The notes beneath the pieces were generated by a model. The model was not told where the DNA came from, made no database searches, and worked only from the letters and a program-made list of their open reading frames with translations. Source: an uncultured virus (IMG/VR IMGVR_UViG_3300030098_002069) (Duplodnaviria; Heunggongvirae; Uroviricota; Caudoviricetes). Taken from it: a stretch of DNA of 20,000 bases. Both the position numbers and the translations under genes were made by a program. The stretch covers positions 53,242-73,241 of IMG/VR virus record IMGVR_UViG_3300030098_002069. The stretch is one strand, 5' to 3'. Below, one piece after another: positions 8,636-17,064 of the stretch. Position 1 is the stretch's first letter; every line of letters begins with the position of its first letter.

Positions 8636-9451
8636 CTAGTCGCCGAATCCACCCATCATATAATCAGCTCCACCTATTGCTGTAGCACCACCAGCACCAG
8701 CTAATAACATTTGTGCTTGTTCTAAGCCAATGTTTAGTCTAGCAGCTAATTGAGCAGCAGCATCTGAAGCAGCCCTAGTTCCACCACGTACTAATTCTGG
8801 AGCCAGTCTTCTTGCACCTGCAACACCTCTAACACCAAGGTCTCTAGCACCTCTGGCACCTCTAATTGCTAAATCTCTAGCACCTCTAACACCCCTAGCA
8901 CCTTCATATCTTGCTCTATGATATAATGGACTTCCAGCTAGTCTATCTCTAGCACGACCTATAGCTTGTCTAGGATTCTGCATACCATATCTAAGATTAT
9001 GATAGGCAGGACTTTTAGCTAATATGTCTGCACCTTTACCACCAATATTTCTACCTTGTTGGCTCATTTTTTGAGCTATCTGTCTTATTCTATCTTTTGG
9101 ATTAACACTAGTACCCATATTCCAAACACCTCTAGCACCTTTTGCAGCTAGTCCTAAACTACCACCAAATCCAGCTATAGTTCCTAGTCCACTTGCAAAT
9201 TGGTCTAAACCAGTTTCACCATAGACAGACTCACCTCTTGATTGTGGCTCCCATTGGTCAGGCATTAGCAATCCTAATGTCATCATATCAAGAGCACTAT
9301 AAGCACCCTTTGCTAAAGGTCTTGACTCTTTTCTAAAGTGCTGACCCATTTGTTTTGCCATCATTGCAATAGCTTCTGCCTCATTATCGTTATAACGATT
9401 AGGGTTTCTATTGTAATCTATTAACAATGACCTCATTTGATCTCTGTTCAT
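8636..9451 (-). CDS. Putative internal virion/ejection protein, 271 aa; N-terminus paralogous to the giant protein
   Basis: ATG with AGGAG SD (9458-9462). Gly/Ala-rich hydrophobic segments, Arg-rich 11-mer repeats, and position between the tail tube gene and the vRNAP. Confidence 0.7.
   Translation of the reverse strand: MNRDQMRSLLIDYNRNPNRYNDNEAEAIAMMAKQMGQHFRKESRPLAKGAYSALDMMTLGLLMPDQWEPQSRGESVYGETGLDQFASGLGTIAGFGGSLGLAAKGARGVWNMGTSVNPKDRIRQIAQKMSQQGRNIGGKGADILAKSPAYHNLRYGMQNPRQAIGRARDRLAGSPLYHRARYEGARGVRGARDLAIRGARGARDLGVRGVAGARRLAPELVRGGTRAASDAAAQLAARLNIGLEQAQMLLAGAGGATAIGGADYMMGGFGD
8804..8902 (-). repeat. Three imperfect 33-bp (11-aa) tandem repeats
   Basis: GARGVRGARDL / AIRGARGARDL / GVRGVAGARRL; tctctagcacctct recurs at 33-nt spacing on the + strand. 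Confidence 0.85.
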
Positions 9452-9457
9452 TTTATT

Positions 9458-9462
9458 CTCCT
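9458..9462 (-). promoter_or_regulatory. Shine-Dalgarno site for the 271-aa gene
   Basis: AGGAGAATAAAATG on the minus strand. Confidence 0.8.
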
Positions 9463-9473
9463 GTTATTCTAAA

Positions 9474-9995
9474 TTACCAATTTATATCTGTTGCTTCTAA
9501 TAAATTCATTGGAGTAGCAGCAGGATATTGAGTATTTATTATATTAGTTAATTCTGGATACCATTTAGTTATATGATCTGTGGCTCTTGGTTCATCTGGA
9601 ATAAGGTGTCTACCAGCTTCTCTTGACCCACGTTCTGCTGCAGACTCAGTAAGAGGATTAGCATCAACCATCCATTGCATAAACCTATACCAAGGTGTTG
9701 CTCCATCAAGGTTTTCAGCCTGATTTCTCCTTCTCATAAAATCTACTTCATCTTCTTTCTTTTTTTGCTTTGCTTCAATAAAGCTACCTAATTCATCAAA
9801 CATCTTATTTCTTTTATCCCAGTCTGTTTGCATCCTGCCTTCTCTAGCTTGATTTATAGCTAAATTACCTTCATTTACAGCAGCCTGTCTTTCATTTACA
9901 CTAGCTTTTCTAGCTCCAAGAACAGCATCTAATAAACTTCTACTTCCTTCAGAACTATAACCTGTCCAGCGTTGTTGCATTTGTGGTACTATCAT
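9474..9995 (-). CDS. Hypothetical protein, probable internal virion protein (173 aa)
   Basis: ATG preceded by AGGAGAATAAT; helical Q/R/E/A-rich composition; located in the ejection-protein cluster. Confidence 0.65.
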   Translation of the reverse strand: MIVPQMQQRWTGYSSEGSRSLLDAVLGARKASVNERQAAVNEGNLAINQAREGRMQTDWDKRNKMFDELGSFIEAKQKKKEDEVDFMRRRNQAENLDGATPWYRFMQWMVDANPLTESAAERGSREAGRHLIPDEPRATDHITKWYPELTNIINTQYPAATPMNLLEATDINW

Positions 9996-10001
9996 ATTAT
10001 T

Positions 10002-10006
10002 CTCCT
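10002..10006 (-). promoter_or_regulatory. Shine-Dalgarno site for the 173-aa gene, overlapping the upstream stop
   Basis: TAGGAGAATAATATG on the minus strand. Confidence 0.8.
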
Positions 10007-10844
10007 AAGTTGTTTTGTTCATTCCTAAGAATGACCCACCTAAATTAAACAAGTTATTACTCATATTGTTTCTCCAAGATGATTGTGCATTTTGATTCTG
10101 AACTTGTTGATTGTATTGTGCTTGTTTTAAATACTGATTATAAGTATTCTGATTTTGTGTATTAAATTGCTGATTAGCTAAAGCTCTTTGGTCTATTCCA
10201 CTAGCAAATTGTCCACCTTGACCATAAGCTTGTGTAGCCATTTGACCAAACTGACCAGCCATACCAAGAGAAGTATTCATAATACCTTGCATACCCTGAG
10301 CATATTGATCTCCTGCTTGTCTATTAGTTACAGCATCATATACATTACCCATTCCCATAACACCTCTAGCTGCCATTGCTGCATTCATATTGCCAATAGT
10401 TTGCTGTCTCATGTCTCCTACATTCTGTCTAAGGTTCTGAAACATTCTTTGATTATAAGAACCACTTGGATTTATCATATCTTGATAAGTATTTCTAAAA
10501 TCTTTTCCTAGTCCAAAACTATTCTTTATACTTTGAGTTAAAAGTGGATTAGTTTGATAATCACTCTTTGATAAATCAAAACTAAAGTCCTGATTTATAT
10601 TCTCAGGCTTATTCATAGCCCCTGTTAACAAACCCATTCCAGCTGACGCTATTCCTAGATACGGACTTGCTGCTGTTAAAAAACTACTCATATTAAAATT
10701 ACTCCCTGTTGGTTGATTAGCTACTACATTTCCAGAAAAACCTGCCATAAGAGGAGAATTGTATGTACCTCTTATTAAATTTGGTTGCTGACCTGTTGGA
10801 TCTGGAACACTTAATTGAGATCCTTGATTTACATAATTAGGCAT
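10005..10844 (-). CDS. Putative DNA ejection/pilot protein (Q/N/G/M-rich, 279 aa)
   Basis: Low charge, hydrophobic Gly/Ala helix (AASPYLGIASAGMGLLTGAM), AAMAARG motif, Q/N-rich C-terminal helix. Position after the tail tube gene is as for podoviral ejection proteins. Confidence 0.65.
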   Translation of the reverse strand: MPNYVNQGSQLSVPDPTGQQPNLIRGTYNSPLMAGFSGNVVANQPTGSNFNMSSFLTAASPYLGIASAGMGLLTGAMNKPENINQDFSFDLSKSDYQTNPLLTQSIKNSFGLGKDFRNTYQDMINPSGSYNQRMFQNLRQNVGDMRQQTIGNMNAAMAARGVMGMGNVYDAVTNRQAGDQYAQGMQGIMNTSLGMAGQFGQMATQAYGQGGQFASGIDQRALANQQFNTQNQNTYNQYLKQAQYNQQVQNQNAQSSWRNNMSNNLFNLGGSFLGMNKTT

Positions 10845-10847
10845 ACT

Positions 10848-11099
10848 CTAATCCTTATTTAATGTTAATGACGTCTTAGCCCAGCCTTCGCTAGTTCGAC
10901 CTTGTATTTCATAAGATGTGCCACTATTAGACCTAACTATCCTAATGTCACCTTCTTTACCTGATGACTCTTCTTTATCAATAATAGTTTCTCTATTATT
11001 TACTGCACTAATAAGCTCGTTTAAATCATCATAAATCTTATCTACGACTCTTTGTAGATTATTATCATTTATTTTTTGTGAACGCTTTTTACTTATCAT
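10848..11099 (-). CDS. Small virion protein (83 aa), possibly tail needle/plug-like
   Basis: ATGA overlap with the tail tube gene; short coiled coil followed by a beta-rich knob (GKEGDIRIV). Function inferred from synteny only. Confidence 0.55.
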   Translation of the reverse strand: MISKKRSQKINDNNLQRVVDKIYDDLNELISAVNNRETIIDKEESSGKEGDIRIVRSNSGTSYEIQGRTSEGWAKTSLTLNKD

Positions 11100-14000
11100 G
11101 ACATACTCTTTGTTTTTTTAAGTTTTCTATAAACAATTCTTAATGCATCAATAATTGAAGTTGAATCATTTACATCTACTTTTATTTGAAGATGTCTAGC
11201 TTTTGTAGGGGTACTTAAAGCAGCATAAGAAGAACTATTTTCTGCTGTATTTACTGTAATGGTAGGAGTAGAATCTTCAGAAAGAGCCTCTACTTTAAAA
11301 AACTTTTTATCTACTGTTGAGTCACCCATTGTAAATTTTTTACTATACCACTTAAAATTAGATTTTCTTGTATCATTTTTAGGGTCAAATGGTTGTATTA
11401 ATCCGTGTTCTGTATCTGAGATTAAAACTTGATTATTTTTACCCACTATAGAACTATAAACTCCATAAATTCCATAGCCACCGCTTAATCCATTCTCTCT
11501 AGTCCATACATCCCATCTATTTTTTGGAACAGTATATACTAAAGTATGAGGAAAATATTGACTACTATTTTTTCGAGTGTAAAAAAAATAAAAAGACTTT
11601 CTAAATCCATCATATGCAACAAGAATATTATCGTAATAAGAAGAATCGCTAAAAGAAGTTAAATACTCCATAGAACTATATCTTGATTCAAGATCATCGT
11701 GTTGTTCTGAATATTTTATTTGTTGAGCAATATCATTTATTGATTTTCCATCATAATAATAAATACTACTATAATCCATCCAACACATGCCAATATCAGA
11801 CACAACTACAGAATTTTGATTTCTACATCCTATACCTTCTAAAGTATCTTCTATATACATACCATCAGGATTTATTACATATATACTATTTTCTGAAAAA
11901 GCATATAGCCTACCATTAAAAGATTCTAATGCTACTGGTTTACTTGGTAGTAATAAAAAATCTTTAGCCCAATTAAATTGGTCAAAATTAAATGGTCTTG
12001 ATTTAAATATATAATTTGTAGCATTATCTATATCTTCATGAGAACAGTCTGAGATATATAGATAATTATTTATTTTAGCACTTAATCCATATTTAGGTAA
12101 GGTATTAATTACAGCTTCTGATATACCAGTTCTTGATTCATAAGAAGCGTAAGATGCTCCATGATCAATTATGGTTTTTGTATAATAATTACCCCAATCT
12201 GGATTACTAGTATTAGTATCTGTTACTTGCCACCCGTTTTTTAATGAAACACTTTTTACTAATCTAAAAAAAGATGATGGCTGTTCAGCATCATTTACTC
12301 CCGTATCAGACCTGTAAATATTAATATGTGTTACTCTTTTACTTAATCCCGATGGATATATATCTATTTTTATATTTAAAGAATCTTCCCCAATACTAGT
12401 GTGGTCTAAAAACTCCCAAGATGATAATGGAGATTCTTGATAACCATCATATAGAAAAGATGTTGCATAAAAATAATCTTTACCAGTATCTATACTTCCA
12501 GCTACAGATGAGTTATCTGTAATTGTGAAATCAACCTCACCTGATAACTTTATAGAGATTGCTCCACCTGTAGATGTCCCCCACCTTGCTTGACCAGCAC
12601 TAGAAAATATATTATACGTACCAGATGTTTCATCACCAATAGCAGCTTCAATGTCTTGATTTGAAGCTGATACAGTTCTACCTAAAACTGCTGTATTTAC
12701 TCCAGTAACTGAAGGTTTAGAAACTCTTTGAAGATCTGAATTAGTACTTGCAGAACCTTTTGATATAAAATTTAAATAAGTGCTATTAGAAGTACTTTTA
12801 GTTAAATACGTTTCATTGTAAGCACTATCAAAATCAGCGTGATACGCAAAAACAGTTCCAGCTCCACTATTACTTGTTAATTTATCACCTGAAGAGTTAT
12901 CAAATTTAACAAGCATTAAAAAATACATTATATTCCCATATGATGTTCCACCACCACCAGAATAATATCCTAAATAATTTCCAGCACTACTACCATAATG
13001 CCATCTTACATTTGCAGCACTATCTGCTTTAACTACATGTGCGGTTAGACCTATATAATTAGTACTCCCAGAAGGAATCATTAAAGGTAACTTTGTAGTT
13101 CTAAATTTTACTTCACATTCTATTCCAGTTTCACTAGCGTGATCTGTAGTTATAAGTGCCCAATCTCCTGTTGTTGGAGTACCACCTGAAGCACCAGCCC
13201 AAGGAGTTCTATCTTCTACAGCTTGAGATGATGAACTTGTTGTTAGATTAGCAGTAGCTACATTCCACAAAACTGAAACAGCAGCATTATTATGTCCTTT
13301 TGCTAACCATAAATAATCCCCTTGTTCTGCGATGTCAGTAACACTAGTATCTCCCGTAAAGTTAGACAATGGTCTAGTAGATAATATATCCATATTATCT
13401 GGGTCAATTTTTAATATCGTCAAATCATTAGATATTTCATCCGCTACCCATAAATTTCCATCACTAGCTAAACACATTGCTTTTGTTTTTGTAAAAAAAT
13501 AATCAGATCTCTTTACTAATTTTCCAGTAGAAACATCAAATTTGTAAACATATGTTCCGTTTTCTTTTATAGTGTAACAAAAGTTATTACTAGAATCATT
13601 TACTACAGTATGCATATTAGAAAATGGACTAGGTGCTCTTAATTCTGCATTATCTACTTGTAACCCACTAGGAGTGCTTCCTCCAAATTGTTTGTGTGGT
13701 ATAATACCAACCCATTTAGGGTCTCTTGTTTTTCCAAGACCCATATGTACTTCTTTGTTATTCACTTGTTGAGCTGCAATACTAGTATCGGTACCAAAAG
13801 TACCAGATTCTAAAGTTGTTACACTAGAAGGAGTGCCGTAGACATCATCTATTTTTTTTATATCAAAATCAGACCTATCCACATAAACTAGTCTATATGT
13901 TCCATCATCATTTATCATTGACATTCTTCTAGTATCTACTCCTGCTTTTATAGCAGTAGCATCTTCTTGTATTGCTTGTAAAGAACCAGCTTGTCCATAA

Positions 14001-14110
14001 GGGTCTATATTCTCACTATATACTGCTGCATCATCTGGAATGTCTCTATCATCTGGATTATAAACATTACCAGATTCAAATCTATTTATTTCAAATAATT
14101 CTTTAGGCAC
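11096..14110 (-). CDS. Tail tubular protein B / head-tail stabilisation (nozzle) protein, 1004 aa
   Basis: N-terminus FESGNVYNPDDRDIPDDAAVYSENID..G.L; beta-propeller-like repeats (LESFNGRLYAFSENSIYVI, GIGCRNQNSVV); C-terminus WYSKKFTMGDSTVDKKF...HLQIKV...LRIVYR. All typical of this podoviral family. Confidence 0.75.
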   Translation of the reverse strand: MPKELFEINRFESGNVYNPDDRDIPDDAAVYSENIDPYGQAGSLQAIQEDATAIKAGVDTRRMSMINDDGTYRLVYVDRSDFDIKKIDDVYGTPSSVTTLESGTFGTDTSIAAQQVNNKEVHMGLGKTRDPKWVGIIPHKQFGGSTPSGLQVDNAELRAPSPFSNMHTVVNDSSNNFCYTIKENGTYVYKFDVSTGKLVKRSDYFFTKTKAMCLASDGNLWVADEISNDLTILKIDPDNMDILSTRPLSNFTGDTSVTDIAEQGDYLWLAKGHNNAAVSVLWNVATANLTTSSSSQAVEDRTPWAGASGGTPTTGDWALITTDHASETGIECEVKFRTTKLPLMIPSGSTNYIGLTAHVVKADSAANVRWHYGSSAGNYLGYYSGGGGTSYGNIMYFLMLVKFDNSSGDKLTSNSGAGTVFAYHADFDSAYNETYLTKSTSNSTYLNFISKGSASTNSDLQRVSKPSVTGVNTAVLGRTVSASNQDIEAAIGDETSGTYNIFSSAGQARWGTSTGGAISIKLSGEVDFTITDNSSVAGSIDTGKDYFYATSFLYDGYQESPLSSWEFLDHTSIGEDSLNIKIDIYPSGLSKRVTHINIYRSDTGVNDAEQPSSFFRLVKSVSLKNGWQVTDTNTSNPDWGNYYTKTIIDHGASYASYESRTGISEAVINTLPKYGLSAKINNYLYISDCSHEDIDNATNYIFKSRPFNFDQFNWAKDFLLLPSKPVALESFNGRLYAFSENSIYVINPDGMYIEDTLEGIGCRNQNSVVVSDIGMCWMDYSSIYYYDGKSINDIAQQIKYSEQHDDLESRYSSMEYLTSFSDSSYYDNILVAYDGFRKSFYFFYTRKNSSQYFPHTLVYTVPKNRWDVWTRENGLSGGYGIYGVYSSIVGKNNQVLISDTEHGLIQPFDPKNDTRKSNFKWYSKKFTMGDSTVDKKFFKVEALSEDSTPTITVNTAENSSSYAALSTPTKARHLQIKVDVNDSTSIIDALRIVYRKLKKTKSMS

Positions 14111-14864
14111 TAATTAATTTCCCGTTATATGTTGTATAGCCATTACTTATTGTATGTACCATAAGATTAAAATTTCCATTAGTCATAATGTCTACTACTC
14201 CCACATTATGACTCCAATTAGTAGGTCTACCTTTTAAATAACTCTTTGTCATATCAGTTAAACATCCCATTGAATGTGCCATGTGTGCTCCATCAATGTG
14301 TTGGATGGTTGCTTTTTGGCAGTCATGAGTGTGCCCGTAGATAACGTTGCATCCCAATTGTAAGGCATGAGTTCTTGCGTGGGAGACACCCATGTAATGC
14401 CCCCCGTGATATGCGTAGAGTTTGCTTCCAAGTACTCTAAATACTTCTCCATATTTATGCCATTCATATCCTCTCTCATCAAACTTAAATGCTTTTCTTG
14501 AACCATATTGTGTTAAGTACGGATTTTCTTCGACAAAGTTGTCAAACCAGAGTTCGTGATTTCCTTGTGCAAAAATCTTCTTCTTGCATTGTATTCTACG
14601 TAAAACTTCATCAATCTCATCAAGTCCTTTATTTCCCGCCTCAATTTCTTTTTTTATTGCTGGTAATTGGTACTCAAGAGGTGGTCTTTTTTTCTTAGAC
14701 CATTGCCAATGTGATACCGATTCACCATCAATAGTGTCTCCTAATAGCAGAAACGCTGTAGGTTTTACTTCTTCTAGTACATTTAATGCACATGCAAATG
14801 CCTTCTTATCATGATTTGGGAAGTGAATGTCTGGAAAGACAACCACTCTTTCTTTTATAGTCAT
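14103..14864 (-). CDS. Calcineurin-like metallophosphoesterase
   Basis: Motifs PDIH, LGDTID, GNHE, YHG and GHTH in canonical order. Confidence 0.92.
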   Translation of the reverse strand: MTIKERVVVFPDIHFPNHDKKAFACALNVLEEVKPTAFLLLGDTIDGESVSHWQWSKKKRPPLEYQLPAIKKEIEAGNKGLDEIDEVLRRIQCKKKIFAQGNHELWFDNFVEENPYLTQYGSRKAFKFDERGYEWHKYGEVFRVLGSKLYAYHGGHYMGVSHARTHALQLGCNVIYGHTHDCQKATIQHIDGAHMAHSMGCLTDMTKSYLKGRPTNWSHNVGVVDIMTNGNFNLMVHTISNGYTTYNGKLISA

Positions 14865-14867
14865 TCA

Positions 14868-15248
14868 TCATCCTCTAATTTCTACATGAACTAAGTCATC
14901 AAAAGAGTTATCTTTTATTTCGCCGTCACTATCCCAGTCGCCTCCCCAGCGAATATTGACTCCCATTTGTTTTCCTATGCCTCTAACCATTCCACCCATA
15001 TAGTGAAACCGTTCTCTATCTTCCCAATCAATTGGGTAGGGAGCTAAGTCAACTGCTTTTCCTTCTAAGTGTTTACTGTACTTTGTCTTTGACTTTCCTT
15101 GAGCTACCAGTTCTATTTGTCTAGCCTCTGTTCTCAAGCCCTCAATAATAGTAACATCCATTATCTTTATCAGCTCATTCAGAACATTTACGAGTTCTGG
15201 CTTAACTCCCTTTAATCTTTCTTTAGATCTTTTTCCAAATCTAGGCAT
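14868..15248 (-). CDS. Endolysin, M15-family Zn peptidase (L-Ala-D-Glu endopeptidase, T5-endolysin-like)
   Basis: EGLRT..RQ..L...GKSKT..SKHLEGKAVDLAP, RWGGDW and DLVHVE motifs. The likely start is ATG 15248 (TAATG overlap with the upstream stop) rather than 15260. Confidence 0.92.
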   Translation of the reverse strand: MPRFGKRSKERLKGVKPELVNVLNELIKIMDVTIIEGLRTEARQIELVAQGKSKTKYSKHLEGKAVDLAPYPIDWEDRERFHYMGGMVRGIGKQMGVNIRWGGDWDSDGEIKDNSFDDLVHVEIRG

Positions 15249-15481
15249 TAGAATTTCCAAACAAGTTTAACTGCAGCAGATAGTACATCCATACATTCTT
15301 TTGCAATAGCTTGTTGTTCTGCTTTACTTATCTTACCATCTTTAGATGCTTCATGGTATTTCTCAGCTACTTCCTTAATCTCTTTCAAGATTATTCTATA
15401 CTTAGTAGCTACCATAGTAGCCATACCACCAAGTATTATTGCAAGTAAGTATGCTGCGTTTTCTAAGTTTAACCAGTCCAT
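15248..15481 (-). CDS. Holin-like membrane protein (77 aa)
   Basis: SD AAGGAG; N-terminal TM helix; DGKISKAE loop; translationally coupled to the endolysin. Confidence 0.65.
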   Translation of the reverse strand: MDWLNLENAAYLLAIILGGMATMVATKYRIILKEIKEVAEKYHEASKDGKISKAEQQAIAKECMDVLSAAVKLVWKF

Positions 15482-15628
15482 TTAAGACTCCTTTATCTTT
15501 TTTGTTTTTAAATATAAATAATAAATTTGTATTGCAAACATAATACACATTAGGATACCTGATATAATATCTGTCCAGTAAACCACACCTAAGCTCGTGC
15601 TTATTCCAGTAACTTTTATACTATCCAT
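15482..15628 (-). CDS. Small holin-like membrane protein (48 aa), below the ORF-track cutoff
   Basis: MDSIKVTGISTSLGVVYWTDIISGILMCIMFAIQIYYLYLKTKKIKES*: hydrophobic core and basic tail. Exactly fills the gap between neighbours. Confidence 0.75.
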   Translation of the reverse strand: MDSIKVTGISTSLGVVYWTDIISGILMCIMFAIQIYYLYLKTKKIKES

Positions 15629-15905
15629 TATTTCTTAATCTTTCTACTTCTCTTTCAAGGTATTCAAGTCTTTGATTTTGTTTTATATCAGCAGGTATTT
15701 CTGCATCTTGATTAGCTTCCGCATCTTCTTCTATATCTATAATATGTTCTTCATTCATAGCTACTTGATATTCTAAAAACGATATACGAGCATTTAATTG
15801 ACTGTATCCCCACACTAACATAACTACAAATGTAACTGCTTGTATTATCATAGGTAGGCTAATTGTCATAGAACTATTATCTGATATAGCTTTATTGTTT
15901 TCCAT
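15621..15905 (-). CDS. Single-TM plus coiled-coil membrane protein (94 aa)
   Basis: TM LPMIIQAVTFVVMLVWGY followed by heptads; similar to the 16475-16792 product. Confidence 0.75.
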   Translation of the reverse strand: MENNKAISDNSSMTISLPMIIQAVTFVVMLVWGYSQLNARISFLEYQVAMNEEHIIDIEEDAEANQDAEIPADIKQNQRLEYLEREVERLRNNG

Positions 15906-16212
15906 TTACTCTTGATAAACTTCCTTTTATTTCTGATACTTGGTTATCTAGATCATTTATTTCTTTATTTAATGCGTCAAACTTTCTATCAAGCTTATCA
16001 TCTGAATGATTCCATCTATTTATAAGCTTAATAACCATACCTTCCATATTTTCTAAGGTTTCAGATTGTCCTTTATTTTCTATTTCTAAATCTTTTAATG
16101 CAGATGCTTGCTCATTACCTCTCTTATTCATGGAGTACACCATAAAAACAAACATAGCACCAACCACTCCTATCATACCTGCTTCTGAGTATATTGCTAA
16201 AAAATCAACCAT
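15892..16212 (-). CDS. Single-TM plus coiled-coil membrane protein (106 aa), holin-like
   Basis: TM AGMIGVVGAMFVFMVYSM and a long coiled coil; TAATG coupling to the upstream gene. Confidence 0.75.
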   Translation of the reverse strand: MVDFLAIYSEAGMIGVVGAMFVFMVYSMNKRGNEQASALKDLEIENKGQSETLENMEGMVIKLINRWNHSDDKLDRKFDALNKEINDLDNQVSEIKGSLSRVNGKQ

Positions 16213-16478
16213 TATTTACTTTTCATTGTTAAGTCAATATAAACTTTCAAATCAGACTTAATTTCTGCGTTCCACTTTTTTATCTTACCAAGTTCATTCA
16301 TAATAATATCCATACGGTGCTGCAAGTTTTCGTGTTTTTCATCAAATCTTTTTAAGGTATCTTCTACCTTTTCTTTTAAGATAAATCTTACTACGCTATA
16401 TAATGCAAAAGCTAAACCAACACTAAGAGAAATTGGAAATCCTAATTCTTGTATTAATGTTATAACCTCAGAAGTCAT
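16212..16478 (-). CDS. Single-TM plus coiled-coil membrane protein (88 aa), holin/YvrJ-like
   Basis: LIQELGFPISLSVGLAFALY TM segment followed by a coiled coil; ATGA coupling. Confidence 0.72.
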   Translation of the reverse strand: MTSEVITLIQELGFPISLSVGLAFALYSVVRFILKEKVEDTLKRFDEKHENLQHRMDIIMNELGKIKKWNAEIKSDLKVYIDLTMKSK

Positions 16479-16792
16479 TTCTTTTTTCTTTTCCAGCTAA
16501 ATGGATTTAGATTTAATTCTTTTTCAAAGAACGATATACGCTCTTCCATAGCTTCTCTTTCTTTTTGTTCTTCTTTCATGTGCTTATCGACAAGCTCTGT
16601 AATTCTGGTATCAGCAAGTTCCATTCCTCGCTCAAGTTCTGCAAGTCTATTTTCAATTCGTAAGTAGCCCAGCACAATAAAAGCAACTGCCACGATAATT
16701 TGCCCAAGCCACTTAATATTAAGACTAATACGAAAGTTATCATCAATCTTTGCCATTCCATATGACCTGTATGTCTTAGGCTTTTCACTCAC
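16475..16792 (-). CDS. Single-TM plus coiled-coil membrane protein (~105 aa)
   Basis: Likely GTG start at 16792 (GTGA overlap with the upstream stop); TM WLGQIIVAVAFIVLGY; coiled coil; basic tail. Confidence 0.72.
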   Translation of the reverse strand: MSEKPKTYRSYGMAKIDDNFRISLNIKWLGQIIVAVAFIVLGYLRIENRLAELERGMELADTRITELVDKHMKEEQKEREAMEERISFFEKELNLNPFSWKRKKK

Positions 16793-17064
16793 TTCTTCTT
16801 TACTTTTTCCCAACGCTCATGCCTATGACACCAATTATCACCAACTAATATTCCCCCTTGAATAGTCGTTCTTATATACCAATGCTTTGTACTGTCTTGA
16901 TCTGTTATAATCATAAAGTCTGTCTTAATAGAATCTGTTGGAGAAATATCTACTCCAGCTATTGCCCACCCCCCATTACAACTAGATAAAGTCATTACAA
17001 TGAGAAGAATACTAATAAGCATTAGTAACCAACCACCTAGTAATATTTTTTCATTCTTTTTCAA
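16789..17064 (-). CDS. Putative lipoprotein (91 aa)
   Basis: TTGA overlap; MKKNEK, then a hydrophobic stretch, then an LSS-C lipobox. Confidence 0.7.
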   Translation of the reverse strand: MKKNEKILLGGWLLMLISILLIVMTLSSCNGGWAIAGVDISPTDSIKTDFMIITDQDSTKHWYIRTTIQGGILVGDNWCHRHERWEKVKKK

